Assembly: GCA_965219955.1 (NCBI GenBank)
Contig: OZ244799.1
Span: 992,001-1,056,000 of the forward strand
DNA from: a bacterium
GTDB taxonomy: Bacteria; UBA8248
DNA length: 64,000 nt
Direction: 5' to 3'
The first letter of the stretch is position 1. The number at the start of each line of letters is the position of its first letter. This document shows, piece after piece, positions 48,930-60,079 of this stretch. Under the pieces are notes generated by a model. That model saw nothing but the letters and a program-made list of their open reading frames with translations. It had not been told where the DNA came from and did no database searches. Made by a program: the position numbers and the translations under genes.

Positions 48930-49928
48930 CTAGTTGACCATGTAGCCCTTCGCCTTCCAGTAGCGGGCGGCGCCGGGGTGCAGCTTGAGCTTGAAGCTCT
49001 TCATCTGCTTGATGAACTCATCGGACTTCGAGGCGAAGTCCAGCCCGATCTTCCAGCCCTTGAAGACGTTGATCAGGAAGTCGCGGTTCGCCTTGTCGTA
49101 CACCCGCTGCGTCACCTCGTAGATGACCTCGTTGGGAACCTTCTCGTTCGCCACGGCGAAGATGGTGTAGGCGACCGTCTTGAACTTCTTGCCCTTCATC
49201 CCCTGGTAGGGGCTGGCGTCCTTGGCGTCCTTGTAGTAGCCCGAGCTCAGTTCGACGAACTTGTCGCGCACCTTGTCGGGGATGCTCAGGATGCGGAGGG
49301 GCCCACTGCGCGAGGCGCGCAGGATCGCGGGCGAGGGAACCGGGTTCGGGATGCTGAAGGCTTCGATCTTGCCGTCGATCATGTTGTTGGCGGCGGCGGC
49401 CCATCCGAGATAGTCCTTGCGGATCTTGTCGGTGATCCCGAGGTGATCGGTGATGAACTTCGTCATGAACAATGTGGAGCTGCCCCTCGGGCCAAAGTTC
49501 ACGCGCTTGCCGGCCAGATCGCTGTAGGTCTTGATGCCTGTCTTGTGGAACGTCGCCATCTGGAACCAGGAGGTCGACACCGGGCCGATGCCCCGGATGG
49601 TCTTCATCCCCTTGTCCTTTGCGAAGGGTTTTTGCTGGCGCTGCATGAAGTCGACGAAGATCCCGTTCGTCATCCCGATCTCCGAGCGCCCTCTGGCGAC
49701 GAGGCGCGTGTTCGCGATGAAGCCCTTGGACTCGCGGTTGGTGACGTTGACGGTCTTGCTCGTCTTGTTCACCGCCTCGGCGAGGCCCGCCGCCATGCGG
49801 AACGCGCCCGCGCCCTTGCCGGCGCCGACGATGGTGATGTTGGTGGTGGCGGCGCTCGCCAGGGAGGCGGCGAAGCCGGCCACAGCGAAAACGGCGGTTG
49901 CTGCGATCAATTTCTTGTGAATGCGCAT
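48930..49928 (-). CDS. TAXI-family TRAP solute-binding protein
   Basis: Signal peptide, DLAGKRVNFGPRGS, LHPGAARYW; GGAGGAG upstream of ATG 49928. Confidence 0.92.
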   Translation of the reverse strand: MRIHKKLIAATAVFAVAGFAASLASAATTNITIVGAGKGAGAFRMAAGLAEAVNKTSKTVNVTNRESKGFIANTRLVARGRSEIGMTNGIFVDFMQRQQKPFAKDKGMKTIRGIGPVSTSWFQMATFHKTGIKTYSDLAGKRVNFGPRGSSTLFMTKFITDHLGITDKIRKDYLGWAAAANNMIDGKIEAFSIPNPVPSPAILRASRSGPLRILSIPDKVRDKFVELSSGYYKDAKDASPYQGMKGKKFKTVAYTIFAVANEKVPNEVIYEVTQRVYDKANRDFLINVFKGWKIGLDFASKSDEFIKQMKSFKLKLHPGAARYWKAKGYMVN

Positions 49929-50311
49929 AGACTCTCCTCCGTAGGAAATCGAAGAAAAATGGGTTTTGCTCGTTGGGGGTGATTCTATCTCATCAACATA
50001 CTTTGGCAAGCGGTGTTTGGTCAGTGAGGCGATATTTTCGAAAAGAGAAAAATACCAGGCATCCTGCATCCCGTCTCTTTCGCCGGAAGCAATCGGCTGG
50101 GTCACGGCGGCGACACCTGTTCGATGAATGATACGGCTTACGGGAATAAGGATAAACGTCTTCGCCGCTCGCTTGGTGGCGTGAGCGGGCTCATGATAAA
50201 TTCGCGGAATGATCGGAGATATATAGCGGATCACCGCAATGTGCGAGTCAAGCGGATCTTTTGCCCAGTTGGGTATTTGCATACGGTATTCCGAAGTGGA
50301 GGGAAGAGGCG

Positions 50312-51334
50312 ATGGCGATTACGGGTCGGGGCGTTCGCAAAGACGCCATAGCTATTCTCGTCCTGGGTCTGGTGGCCATGTGGTTCCACGGATCACATTC
50401 GTCGGCTCAGACTATTCAATCTCCGGAATGGGGCAAGCGCGCAGCGCTCATTGAGCCTAATTCGGAAATGGCGGTCGCTTATCTTGACGGGAAAATCTAC
50501 GTTGTCGGGGGATACCCCTCGACGCGGGTCAGCGTAGATACTGTCCAAGTCTATGACACGGAGTCCGACACGTGGAGTCTGACTACCCCCTATCCGACCA
50601 CGATCAACCATTCCTCGGCAGTCGGTCTCGACGGGATTCTCTATGTGATCGGCGGGCAGACGAATGCCGGCGGCCGGAGGACGAAATCCCTCTACACGTC
50701 GGCCGTCTACGCCTTCGATCCCAGGACGAAGAAGTGGACGCCGCGCACGCCGATGCCGACGGCGCGTAGTGCGATGGCGCACGGCGTTATCGACGGCAAG
50801 ATTTACGTCGCCGGCGGCCGTCCGCCACGCGGGCGCGATTTCGCCGCCTATGACCCGAAGACCGACAAATGGATGGTACTGCCCGATTTGCCGACTCCCC
50901 GAAATCACATGGCGGCGGCGGCGATCGACGGCAAACTCTATGTAGCCGGAGGGCGCTTCGGCGGCGGCTTTCGGAGCAAGATAACTGCGGTGCTCGAGGT
51001 GTACGATCCCATAAGCAACAAGTGGAGCGCCAGGCGGCCGATGTCCTATGAGCGAAGCGGAAACAACGGTATTGCCGTGAACGGCTGTTTCCATACCTTC
51101 GGCGGCGAACATCCGACGGCGAGTCCGACCGGTGTGTTCCCCCACCACGAAGTCTATAATCCAAAAACCGACCGCTGGACGCGTTTGCCCGATATGCCCT
51201 TTCCCGTGCATGGCGTCACAGGGTTGGTCTACCTGAATGGTTGGATCCATCTGCCCGGTGGAGGCACCCGGATGGGCGGCAGCAGCGGCAGCACGCTTCA
51301 CCAGGTGGTTCGCCCCATGATGAAATGCGGCTGA
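50312..51334 (+). CDS. Secreted Kelch-repeat beta-propeller protein
   Basis: Signal peptide and about six GG..Y..W Kelch repeats (KIYVVGG..YDT..W). Confidence 0.9.
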   Translation: MAITGRGVRKDAIAILVLGLVAMWFHGSHSSAQTIQSPEWGKRAALIEPNSEMAVAYLDGKIYVVGGYPSTRVSVDTVQVYDTESDTWSLTTPYPTTINHSSAVGLDGILYVIGGQTNAGGRRTKSLYTSAVYAFDPRTKKWTPRTPMPTARSAMAHGVIDGKIYVAGGRPPRGRDFAAYDPKTDKWMVLPDLPTPRNHMAAAAIDGKLYVAGGRFGGGFRSKITAVLEVYDPISNKWSARRPMSYERSGNNGIAVNGCFHTFGGEHPTASPTGVFPHHEVYNPKTDRWTRLPDMPFPVHGVTGLVYLNGWIHLPGGGTRMGGSSGSTLHQVVRPMMKCG

Positions 51335-51478
51335 GGAGCTGGAAGCGGAGTGCGCGCTCGGTATACAGCGGGAGGCGTTGGCTGCGCTTTCCCGCAAATG
51401 TTGACGCCCGGAAGCCGAGGTGCTAGCTAATGCGCATCTTTCAGGTTTTCTCGCGATAACGCGCCGAACGTATTCTGA

Positions 51479-52705
51479 GTGGAGACCCTCTTGTCCCGCC
51501 TTCTGGAAAACGACTCTCTGACGCTGCTGGGTGAAGGCGGCCTCCCCGTTCCCCGCTACGAGGTTTGCACGGACTCAAGCGAAGCCGCCCGCGCCACCGA
51601 ACGCCTGGGTGGGCGCGCCGTCATCAAGGCGCTCGTGCCGGTCGGCAAGCGCGGCAAAGCGGGGGCGGTCAAGTTCGCCGCCTCTGCCGATGAAGCCCGC
51701 GCGGGCGCAGAGGCCATTCTCGGCATGGAGGTGCGGCGCTTTCCCGTCAAAAAACTCATCGTCATGGAAGCGCTCGATATAAAACGCGAAATCTTCTGCT
51801 CCATCTCCTTCGATGCGCCGAGAAAGTGCCCGCTCATCCTCTTCAGCGCCGAGGGCGGCGTGGACGTGGAGGAGTTGGCCGAGCACCACCCCGACAAACT
51901 GCTCGAGTGGCCCGTGAACATTTTAGAGGGGCTTCAGGCGGAAGACGCTCTCGAGCTTGTCGGGCGCGCGGGTCTCTCGGGGGATCTCGCGGAGCCGGTC
52001 GCAAGTGCGGTGTGCGCGATGTATGGCGTCTTCTGCGCCCATGACTGCGAGATGATAGAGGTGAACCCCCTGGCGGAACTGGCCGACGGCCGCGTGGTGG
52101 CGGCGGCGGGTGTGGTGCAGCTCGACGCGCAGGCGCTCTTCCGCCACCCCGAACTCGAGGCCAAGCTGGGCGTGGAGGGCGGAAACGGCTGGCGGCCTTT
52201 CACCGAACTCGAAATGCGCATGCGCGAGATAGACGCCATCGACCCCCACGTGGGTGCGATTCGGTTCAGCGAAATGGACGGCGACATCGGCTTCATGGTC
52301 ACCGGCGGGGGGTATGGCTTATCGAGCCTCGAAGCGCTGCTGGACGAGGGCGGAAAACCCGCCACCACGTTCGACATCACGCCCGGACGCTACGAGGAGA
52401 AGATGCGCCGGGCGGTGAAGGCGGTGCTCTCGAAACCCGGCATCAAGGGACTGCTCCTGGCGGGGAACGTGAGCAATTTCACGCGGGTGGATATTAAAGT
52501 CGCGGGCGTGGTTCGCGCGCTCAAGGAGGCGGAGCTTGATTTCGATAAATTTCCCGTCATCATCCGCTACGCCGGACCGGGGGTGGAGGAAGCCAGAAGG
52601 CTCATTGCCGAGGTCCCGGGCGTGGAGTGGCATGAGGATGAGGCGTCGATAGAAGATTTGGCACGGCGAATCGTGGCGCGCGCTTACGGGCGGGATGAGA
52701 GATGA
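51479..52705 (+). CDS. SucC-like ADP-forming acyl-CoA ligase beta subunit (divergent)
   Basis: GKRGKAGAV, EGGVDVE, EVNPL; GFMVTGGGYG replaces canonical NGAGLAM. Confidence 0.82.
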   Translation: METLLSRLLENDSLTLLGEGGLPVPRYEVCTDSSEAARATERLGGRAVIKALVPVGKRGKAGAVKFAASADEARAGAEAILGMEVRRFPVKKLIVMEALDIKREIFCSISFDAPRKCPLILFSAEGGVDVEELAEHHPDKLLEWPVNILEGLQAEDALELVGRAGLSGDLAEPVASAVCAMYGVFCAHDCEMIEVNPLAELADGRVVAAAGVVQLDAQALFRHPELEAKLGVEGGNGWRPFTELEMRMREIDAIDPHVGAIRFSEMDGDIGFMVTGGGYGLSSLEALLDEGGKPATTFDITPGRYEEKMRRAVKAVLSKPGIKGLLLAGNVSNFTRVDIKVAGVVRALKEAELDFDKFPVIIRYAGPGVEEARRLIAEVPGVEWHEDEASIEDLARRIVARAYGRDER

Positions 52706-53595
52706 GTATTCTGCTGGATTCAGACACCCGCGTGCTCGTGCAGGGGGCCACCGGAGCCGAGGCGAGGCGTCTTTTGCCCACCATGACGGACTACGGCACC
52801 CGCGTGGTGGCGGGCGTGTCTCCCGGGAAAGGGGGCGAGTCTGTCGGCGGCGTTCCGGTCTACGGTGCCGTGGCGGATGCTCTTCGCGAGCACGAGGTCG
52901 ATCTCTCCGTGCTCTTCGTTCCCGCGCGCTTCGTGCGCGAGGCGGCTCTGGAGGCCATCGAGGCGGGCGTGCCCACCGTGCACATCCTCGCAGAGGGCGT
53001 GCCGCACCACGACGCCTGCGCGCTGCTCACGCGCGCGGCCGAGATGGGAACCTTCGTCATCGGCCCCAACAGCCAGGGCATGGTGAGCCCCGGCAAGGCG
53101 AAGCTCGGCGGTACGGGCGGCGAGGTGCCCGATCTCATGTTCCGCCAAGGGTCCGTGGGCGTCGTGAGCAGAAGCGGCGGGATGGGGGCGGAGATATGCC
53201 TGTTCCTTACGCAGGCGGGCATCGGCCAGAGCACCTACGTGGCTTTGGGCGGAGACTTGCTCATCGGCTCCGCCTTCGTCGAGATGCTCGCCCTGTTCGA
53301 GGAAGACCCCGAGACCCGCGTCGTCGTCATGTTCGGTGAACCCGGCACGGACAGGGAAGAGGAAGCGGCGCGCTTCATCGCTTCGGGCGGGTTCACGAAA
53401 CCCGTTGTGGCGATGATTCCCGGCGAGTTCTGGGAAACCTCGCCCACGCCCGCCAGCGTGAGCCACACCGGCGCGCTCATCACCCGGGGCCGCGGCGCGC
53501 CCTCGGGCAAGAAAAGGCTCCTGAATGAAGCCGGCGTCCTCGTTGCCGAACGATTCTCCCAGGTTGTGCTCCTTGTGAAACAAGCCCTCGGATAA
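52702..53595 (+). CDS. SucD-like acyl-CoA ligase alpha subunit
   Basis: VLVQGATG, GVSPGKGG, IGPNSQG, VSRSGG, SHTGA (phospho-His position). Confidence 0.85.
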   Translation: MSILLDSDTRVLVQGATGAEARRLLPTMTDYGTRVVAGVSPGKGGESVGGVPVYGAVADALREHEVDLSVLFVPARFVREAALEAIEAGVPTVHILAEGVPHHDACALLTRAAEMGTFVIGPNSQGMVSPGKAKLGGTGGEVPDLMFRQGSVGVVSRSGGMGAEICLFLTQAGIGQSTYVALGGDLLIGSAFVEMLALFEEDPETRVVVMFGEPGTDREEEAARFIASGGFTKPVVAMIPGEFWETSPTPASVSHTGALITRGRGAPSGKKRLLNEAGVLVAERFSQVVLLVKQALG

Positions 53596-54083
53596 ACATA
53601 GAGAAACGACTGACAAGCACTGCTTAGAACGGGCGGGATGTTCTCCCCCGAAATCGGCAGCCGTGGAAAAAGGGAGTAATTGAACCTCACGTTATTTCGC
53701 TGTATATTTGCTTGTAAGAGGGAAGCATGGGTGCGTAACGACGATGCAGATAAAGTAGAGGACTCGACATGGAAAGGGAAAAAGCAGCGGCGAAAACGAA
53801 AACGTTTCATTGGTGGTTGCTTTGGGTTGGTTCTCCGGTGGCGATATTCGCCATACTGGGAGGCGGGTTGCTCTATATCGCCCAAGCCGAAGTCAAGCCT
53901 GTTATCGCGAAAGTGAACGCGGAAGTTAAAAGACTCGACGGAGTAGACGGGCAGCTTCAGAATCAAATCACCGAAGTCAAAATGAATCTGGACGAGAGAC
54001 TGAAGCTACTCCACGCGGACCTGAACGCCTTCAAGGCCCAAATGCATGAAGATCTGAAAGGCTTGGCGACCAGGGATGATTTC

Positions 54084-54272
54084 GGTTACCTGAAATAAGA
54101 AATGGGCAGTCTGAAATCGGATATGGGCAGTCTGAAATTAGATGTTGGCAGTCTGAAATCAGATGTGGGCAATTTGAAGGCCGACGTTAGTAGTCTTAAA
54201 ACTGACGTGGGCAATCTAAAGGCTGACGTGGGGGGGCTGAAAGCCGACGTGGGGGGACTGAAAGCTGAGTTG
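54084..54272 (+). repeat. Nine degenerate 21-bp tandem repeats encoding G(S/N/G)LKxD(M/V)
   Basis: GGCAGTCTGAAATCGGATATG, GGCAGTCTGAAATTAGATGTT, GGCAGTCTGAAATCAGATGTG and further units. Confidence 0.9.
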
Positions 54273-54331
54273 AAGAATTTGAAAGAAAAACTCGTTACGC
54301 CGCAACAGATTCGAACCATTATGAGAGAAGT

Positions 54332-54373
54332 GCTGGAGGAGTATCGCGCTAGGCTGGAGGAGTATCGCGCTAG
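54332..54373 (+). repeat. Perfect 21-bp tandem duplication
   Basis: GCTGGAGGAGTATCGCGCTAG twice. Confidence 0.95.
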
Positions 54374-54513
54374 ATAAATCTGAATGAGTTTTCGTGAATC
54401 TTGTTCATCCAATCGCCCCTGGTCATAACTGGGGGCGATTGTTTTTGAGGAATTGAGGGGAATTCGCCTGCCAGAACCAAAACCCGCATAAGCGGCTTGA
54501 GAGCCTGCGGCCC

Positions 54514-55269
54514 TCACACCATCGTCGCGCCGCCGTTCACGTCGAGCGTGACGCCGGTGATGTAGCCCGCCTCCCTGCTGCAGAGGAATATGACGGCCTC
54601 GGCGATCTCATGGGATTCTGAGAGTCTGCCCACGGGCGATGATTTCTCGATGTGGGCGATGCGCTCGGGCGTTCTGATTTTGAGCCCTCTCGGCGTTTGC
54701 ACGTTGGCGGGAGCTACGGCGTTCACGGTGACGCCGTGCGGCCCCAGTTCGCACGCCGCCTGCCGGGTGAGGCCGAGCACGCCCGCCTTGGCGGCGGTGT
54801 AATGGGGGGGATTGGGGTTCACGCCGCTGCGCGCGGCCATGCTCGAGAGCGTCACGAAGCGACCGTAGTTCGCCGCCACCATGAGGGGGGCGGCGGCTTT
54901 CAGGAGATAGAACATCGATTTCAGGTTCGAGTTCACCACGCCGTCCCAGGCCTCTACGGGGCAATCCAGCAGGCTCACGTATTGCGGAAAACCGCCCGCG
55001 CTGTGCACGAGAACGTCGATACTGCCTGCCCGGTTGTGAGCCTCGTTTACGGCGGCGCTGGTCGCCTCCCAGTCGGTGAGGTCGACGACGGCGCAGTGAG
55101 CAGCACCTCCGCTTTCGTTGATGGATTTCGTGACGGCTTCAGCGCCTTCCGCGTCGAAATCCATCACGGTGACCGTTGCCCCCCTTTGGGCCAGGATTCT
55201 CGCTGTCGATTCGCCGATGCCCGTCGCCGCGCCCGTGACGACGGCGCTTTGTCCCTCGAAGCCGCTCAT
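54514..55269 (-). CDS. Short-chain dehydrogenase/reductase (FabG-like)
   Basis: TGAATGIG, YTAAK, ITGVTLDVNGG. Confidence 0.93.
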   Translation of the reverse strand: MSGFEGQSAVVTGAATGIGESTARILAQRGATVTVMDFDAEGAEAVTKSINESGGAAHCAVVDLTDWEATSAAVNEAHNRAGSIDVLVHSAGGFPQYVSLLDCPVEAWDGVVNSNLKSMFYLLKAAAPLMVAANYGRFVTLSSMAARSGVNPNPPHYTAAKAGVLGLTRQAACELGPHGVTVNAVAPANVQTPRGLKIRTPERIAHIEKSSPVGRLSESHEIAEAVIFLCSREAGYITGVTLDVNGGATMV

Positions 55270-55287
55270 TGCCTTGTCCTTTTCTTG

Positions 55288-55327
55288 AAAAAACGGCGCG
55301 CGGCGACCCGGAAGCCGCCGCGCGCCG
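55288..55327 (-). terminator. Intrinsic terminator after dctP
   Basis: 12-bp GC stem CGGCGCGCGGCG/CGCCGCGCGCCG followed by T6 on the minus strand. Confidence 0.75.
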
Positions 55328-55336
55328 CCTGATTGA

Positions 55337-56350
55337 CTAGCCTTCCTGCATCTTCAGGATGCGGTTGATGAGGTCGATGCCGCCCACCTTGTCGGCGAAC
55401 ATCTTGTGCACGGGCTTCACGGCCTCGCGGAAGGGCTTGAGATCGGGCGAGGCGATCGTGAGACCCTTCGCGGCGAAGCCCTTCATGATGTCCTGCTCGT
55501 TCTCCTCGGCGTAGGTGTTCGCCCAGGCGATGGTGTCGCGCGCGGCCATGAGAACGGCCTTCTGCAGGTGCTTGGGCAGCTTGGCGTAATACTTGTCGTT
55601 CATGATGAGCGCGCCCGCCACGAGCTGGTGCCGGGTGATGGAGAGGTATTTCTGCACCTCGTAGAGCTTCTGCGCCCACGCCCAACTCGACCCGCCGTCG
55701 TGGCCGTCCACCGTCTTGGTGCTGAGCGCGCTGAACAACTCCGTCGGCGCCATGCCGATGGTGCTGCCGCCGAGCGCTTTATACGTCTGCACCATGATGG
55801 GGTTTTTCGCGATCCGCATGCGCAGGTCGCCCAGGTCGGCGGGCTTCATGATGGGGTGTTTGCTGTTCATCATGTTGCGGAAGCCCGTGGCGACGAAGCC
55901 CAGCACGCGGATGCCGGATTTCTTGCGGAAATTCTCGCCAATGTTCTGGCCGATGTCGCTGTTGAATACTTTCACGGCGCCCTTGAAGCTGCCGAACATG
56001 AAGGGCAGGGTGAAGATGTCGAGCCGCCTGTCGAAGGCCGTGATGTTGTTCGACGCAACGACCTGCATGTGCACCGAGCCGAGTTGCACCTTTTTCGCGG
56101 CGACACGGTCTTTTCCGAGCTGCGAGGAGGGGAATATCTGGACGTCGAGCTCCCCCTTGGAATAGACCTGCAGGTTCTTCTGCATGGTCAGCGCGATGGC
56201 CTGATAGAGGAGCTGCGGCTTGGGCGGGTTGTTGTGGGCGAACTTCATCACGTACTTGGCGGCCTCGGCCTTGGGCGCTGCGAAGCCGAGGAGCGCGGCG
56301 GCGAGGATGATGACCACCATCGCCGTGAAGCATTGTTTCAGATGTCGCAT
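55337..56350 (-). CDS. dctP: TRAP solute-binding protein DctP
   Basis: Signal peptide, IFPSSQLG, GFRNM, DLGDLRMR, LYEVQKY; GGAGG upstream of 56350. Confidence 0.92.
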   Translation of the reverse strand: MRHLKQCFTAMVVIILAAALLGFAAPKAEAAKYVMKFAHNNPPKPQLLYQAIALTMQKNLQVYSKGELDVQIFPSSQLGKDRVAAKKVQLGSVHMQVVASNNITAFDRRLDIFTLPFMFGSFKGAVKVFNSDIGQNIGENFRKKSGIRVLGFVATGFRNMMNSKHPIMKPADLGDLRMRIAKNPIMVQTYKALGGSTIGMAPTELFSALSTKTVDGHDGGSSWAWAQKLYEVQKYLSITRHQLVAGALIMNDKYYAKLPKHLQKAVLMAARDTIAWANTYAEENEQDIMKGFAAKGLTIASPDLKPFREAVKPVHKMFADKVGGIDLINRILKMQEG

Positions 56351-56376
56351 GTCTTGCCTCCTTTTAGTTCGTTCCC

Positions 56377-57659
<1,283 letters not shown>

Positions 57660-57663
<4 letters not shown>

Positions 57664-58154
57664 CGCTCTTCCTCCTGCTTTTCGACCTCATAGACCACCT
57701 CGGGGCCGCCCTGAATGTAGACGCGGTACATGTACTGGGCGAGGCGTATGGTCATCAGCCCGAAGCCGATGGGAATGATGGCGTGCACGGCCGCTTCGGG
57801 GATTTGAAGGATGTCGGTCTCCGACCAGACCTCTATCTCGCTGTATACGAACAGAAAGCCGAAGTACGTCATGAGCACGTTGAAAGCCATCCAGAGACAA
57901 TCCGAGAAAAAGACTATCGGGCGAGCCCAGGAGGGGGGCGTGAGCATCTCGATAGCGTTCACGCGGATGTGGCGGCCTTGGAGGATGATCCAGCTGATCG
58001 TCAGGTAGATGAACCAGATGAAGACGATGCGCGAGAACTCCTCGATCCAGCTGATGGAGGTAAAGAATATGTAGCGCGCGATGACCTGCGCGGTGAGCAT
58101 CAGCGTGAGCGAGAGCAGGAGAATCCAGGAGAGGTTTCGCTCGATGTTTCGCAC
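57660..58154 (-). CDS. dctQ: TRAP small permease DctQ
   Basis: QVIARY, WIEEFSR, HIRV; four TM segments. Confidence 0.92.
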
Positions 58155-58360
58155 TTTTCTTTCCCATCTTGCGGGGGGAACCGGGCCGCAGGCCCGCCAT
58201 GTTTGGTGGATGGAGGCAGTCTAGTTTGTTTTGACTTGAGCGGTCAATGCGAAACGGGGGTTTGGGAATGGGGGTATATATTGGCAGTAACAGTTCAAGC
58301 AGGGGGTTCTTTAGAATGAGCAATCAGGGTGAAATATTGTTAATGGGAAGAAAAAAGTTA

Positions 58361-59170
58361 TCAGGCGCATGGATCGAATGGCTGGTTGTACACACGGATG
58401 AGAGGGATTAGGGGCGTGCCATTTATTTTCAGGGATTTTACCCAGCAGGAATTATCGACTATGCCGCTGCAATGTTTTTTGAGTGCACGCTCCCATTCCG
58501 CTATAGTCTTGAATAACTTCCCATCTTGTTCCATGTCTTTGGCATTCAAAAATCCGAGATAGATGAGAATGACGGGGATTCCCAGCGAGGCCAGCTTCCA
58601 GGACCAGGCGAACCTGTTGGACAACTGGTAGTGCTTATCTCGACATAAATTCCAGGGATTGCCAGTTAGCTTCTTTAATTCAGCGTTTGCATCCGAGATC
58701 GCCTGACCGATTTTTTCATGATTCCTCTGGCTGTTCAAGGATGTGCCCGGTCGGGATTTCCCTGAATCACTCAATTCGTTTTCGTGGGCTTTGGCTTCGA
58801 CGAGAAAAATCCCTCTTCTGCCCTCGATTTTGCAGGTGCCGGTAATGTCCCAAGTTGGCGTGCGCGCTCCCCGGCCTCTACCGCGAACTGCCAGCCACCA
58901 CTCTTGGAGTTCGATTCGGGTGCCGGGAAATAGGAGAGTTTCCTCCTTATCTAGTTCGGCTTCTTTAGAGGAAGCCTTGTTCCATGCGCCATTTTTATAG
59001 GCAGGCTTGCCGTAGGGCATCCATTTGTCATTAGGCGACACTACCACTCCCGGAAAATCAATGATTTGTGTGAGGCGTTCGGCGACTTCATCGGATTTGC
59101 CGTTAGTGAGCAGTACGCAACGCGGGCGGCTTCCCCGGTTGTCCTTGCCTAGCCCTTCCCGCCAATTCAT
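58361..59170 (-). CDS. Hypothetical protein with PD-(D/E)XK nuclease-like motif
   Basis: TPTWDI..FLVEAKAH; YQLSNR helix; lower GC than flanks. Confidence 0.6.
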   Translation of the reverse strand: MNWREGLGKDNRGSRPRCVLLTNGKSDEVAERLTQIIDFPGVVVSPNDKWMPYGKPAYKNGAWNKASSKEAELDKEETLLFPGTRIELQEWWLAVRGRGRGARTPTWDITGTCKIEGRRGIFLVEAKAHENELSDSGKSRPGTSLNSQRNHEKIGQAISDANAELKKLTGNPWNLCRDKHYQLSNRFAWSWKLASLGIPVILIYLGFLNAKDMEQDGKLFKTIAEWERALKKHCSGIVDNSCWVKSLKINGTPLIPLIRVYNQPFDPCA

Positions 59171-59257
59171 TATTTCCTCGGTTTATCGATATCCTTAACA
59201 GCGCATCTCTAGGGTTTCAGCAGCCAGACAAAACTCGTCTGTCTTTTCGATTTGCTC

Positions 59258-59992
59258 TTAGAAAACAGAAGCCAACCCGTTGAATGCATCCCGAACCATC
59301 CGCCCCTCGGCGGTCAAGCGCTCGGTCCCACACTTCTGCTTTACTTCTTCCCCGCTCGTAAACGGCAGGCTGTCTAACTCTCTTGGGAAAGCAAGCGCGT
59401 CCAGAGACATCGTCAATCCGTCAATTTTAGAGCCAACGTCAAATTCATCGAGGAAATTGCGCATTCGTGCAACCGCCCCTGCAAAGTCGTGGTAGCCATG
59501 ATAATAGGACGTGGGTGCGGCGACTTCGAGCGAGACGTGCCGGGCCTTCATTAGTGGCCGTGTTCGAAGAGGTAATTCGTTTTTATGGATTCGGCAAAAC
59601 ACGTATACGGCGCCGTATCGTAGCACTTCTCTCAGCGCATAAAGCGGGTCGTTACTTACAGTTTTCAACTCGATTAAGCGGGCGTGTTCGTTCGATTCAT
59701 CCCAATGAACGAGGTCAACGTTGCTATGCCTGTTTCTGGCTGAGTCGCCAATCCCGGAGGCGGTCGGGCATTGGTTGTGCCATTCGGGCATGTGTCCATT
59801 GTTCGCCAGTATAGAGACAGCCTTTTCGAGCATTTTTTCAGATGACTTATTGCGAGCAGAAATGTCACATGCCCGCCTCAGCTTCCAGAGTTCTTGGGAG
59901 TTGGAGGAAGGATCAGGACAGTTGGCTTTCATCCGGTTGTATATCTCACTTATGTCCTCCAGGTATTCGGTGCCATCAAACAAACTACCCAT
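59258..59992 (-). CDS. Hypothetical protein with PD-(D/E)XK nuclease-like motif
   Basis: SEKMLE..NVDLV..LIELK..ALREVLRYG; lower GC than flanks. Confidence 0.62.
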   Translation of the reverse strand: MGSLFDGTEYLEDISEIYNRMKANCPDPSSNSQELWKLRRACDISARNKSSEKMLEKAVSILANNGHMPEWHNQCPTASGIGDSARNRHSNVDLVHWDESNEHARLIELKTVSNDPLYALREVLRYGAVYVFCRIHKNELPLRTRPLMKARHVSLEVAAPTSYYHGYHDFAGAVARMRNFLDEFDVGSKIDGLTMSLDALAFPRELDSLPFTSGEEVKQKCGTERLTAEGRMVRDAFNGLASVF

Positions 59993-60079
59993 TTCAATAA
60001 CCTTATCTTCGGGATTAAATTATGGTGGGTGTTCTTTCAGTCATCTCTCGCGCAAGTCGGGTTCCTTACTTGCGGGCGC

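Larger units (their letters stand above)
53769..54377 (+). pseudogene. Membrane-anchored heptad-repeat coiled-coil protein interrupted by in-frame TAA (54096-54098)
   Basis: ORFs 53769-54098 and 54102-54377 are in frame; TAA sits where neighbouring repeats have TCG/TTA/TCA. Confidence 0.65.

Noticed and set aside
54096-54098. Recoding of the in-frame stop as Sec or Pyl
   Set aside because: The codon is TAA and is not at a catalytic position
54084-54373. 21-bp repeats as a CRISPR array
   Set aside because: No spacers, codon-phased, and no cas genes in the window
58154-58200. Phase-variable frameshift at the G6 run upstream of dctQ
   Set aside because: Run is short, the upstream ATG has no SD, and DctQ looks complete from GTG 58154
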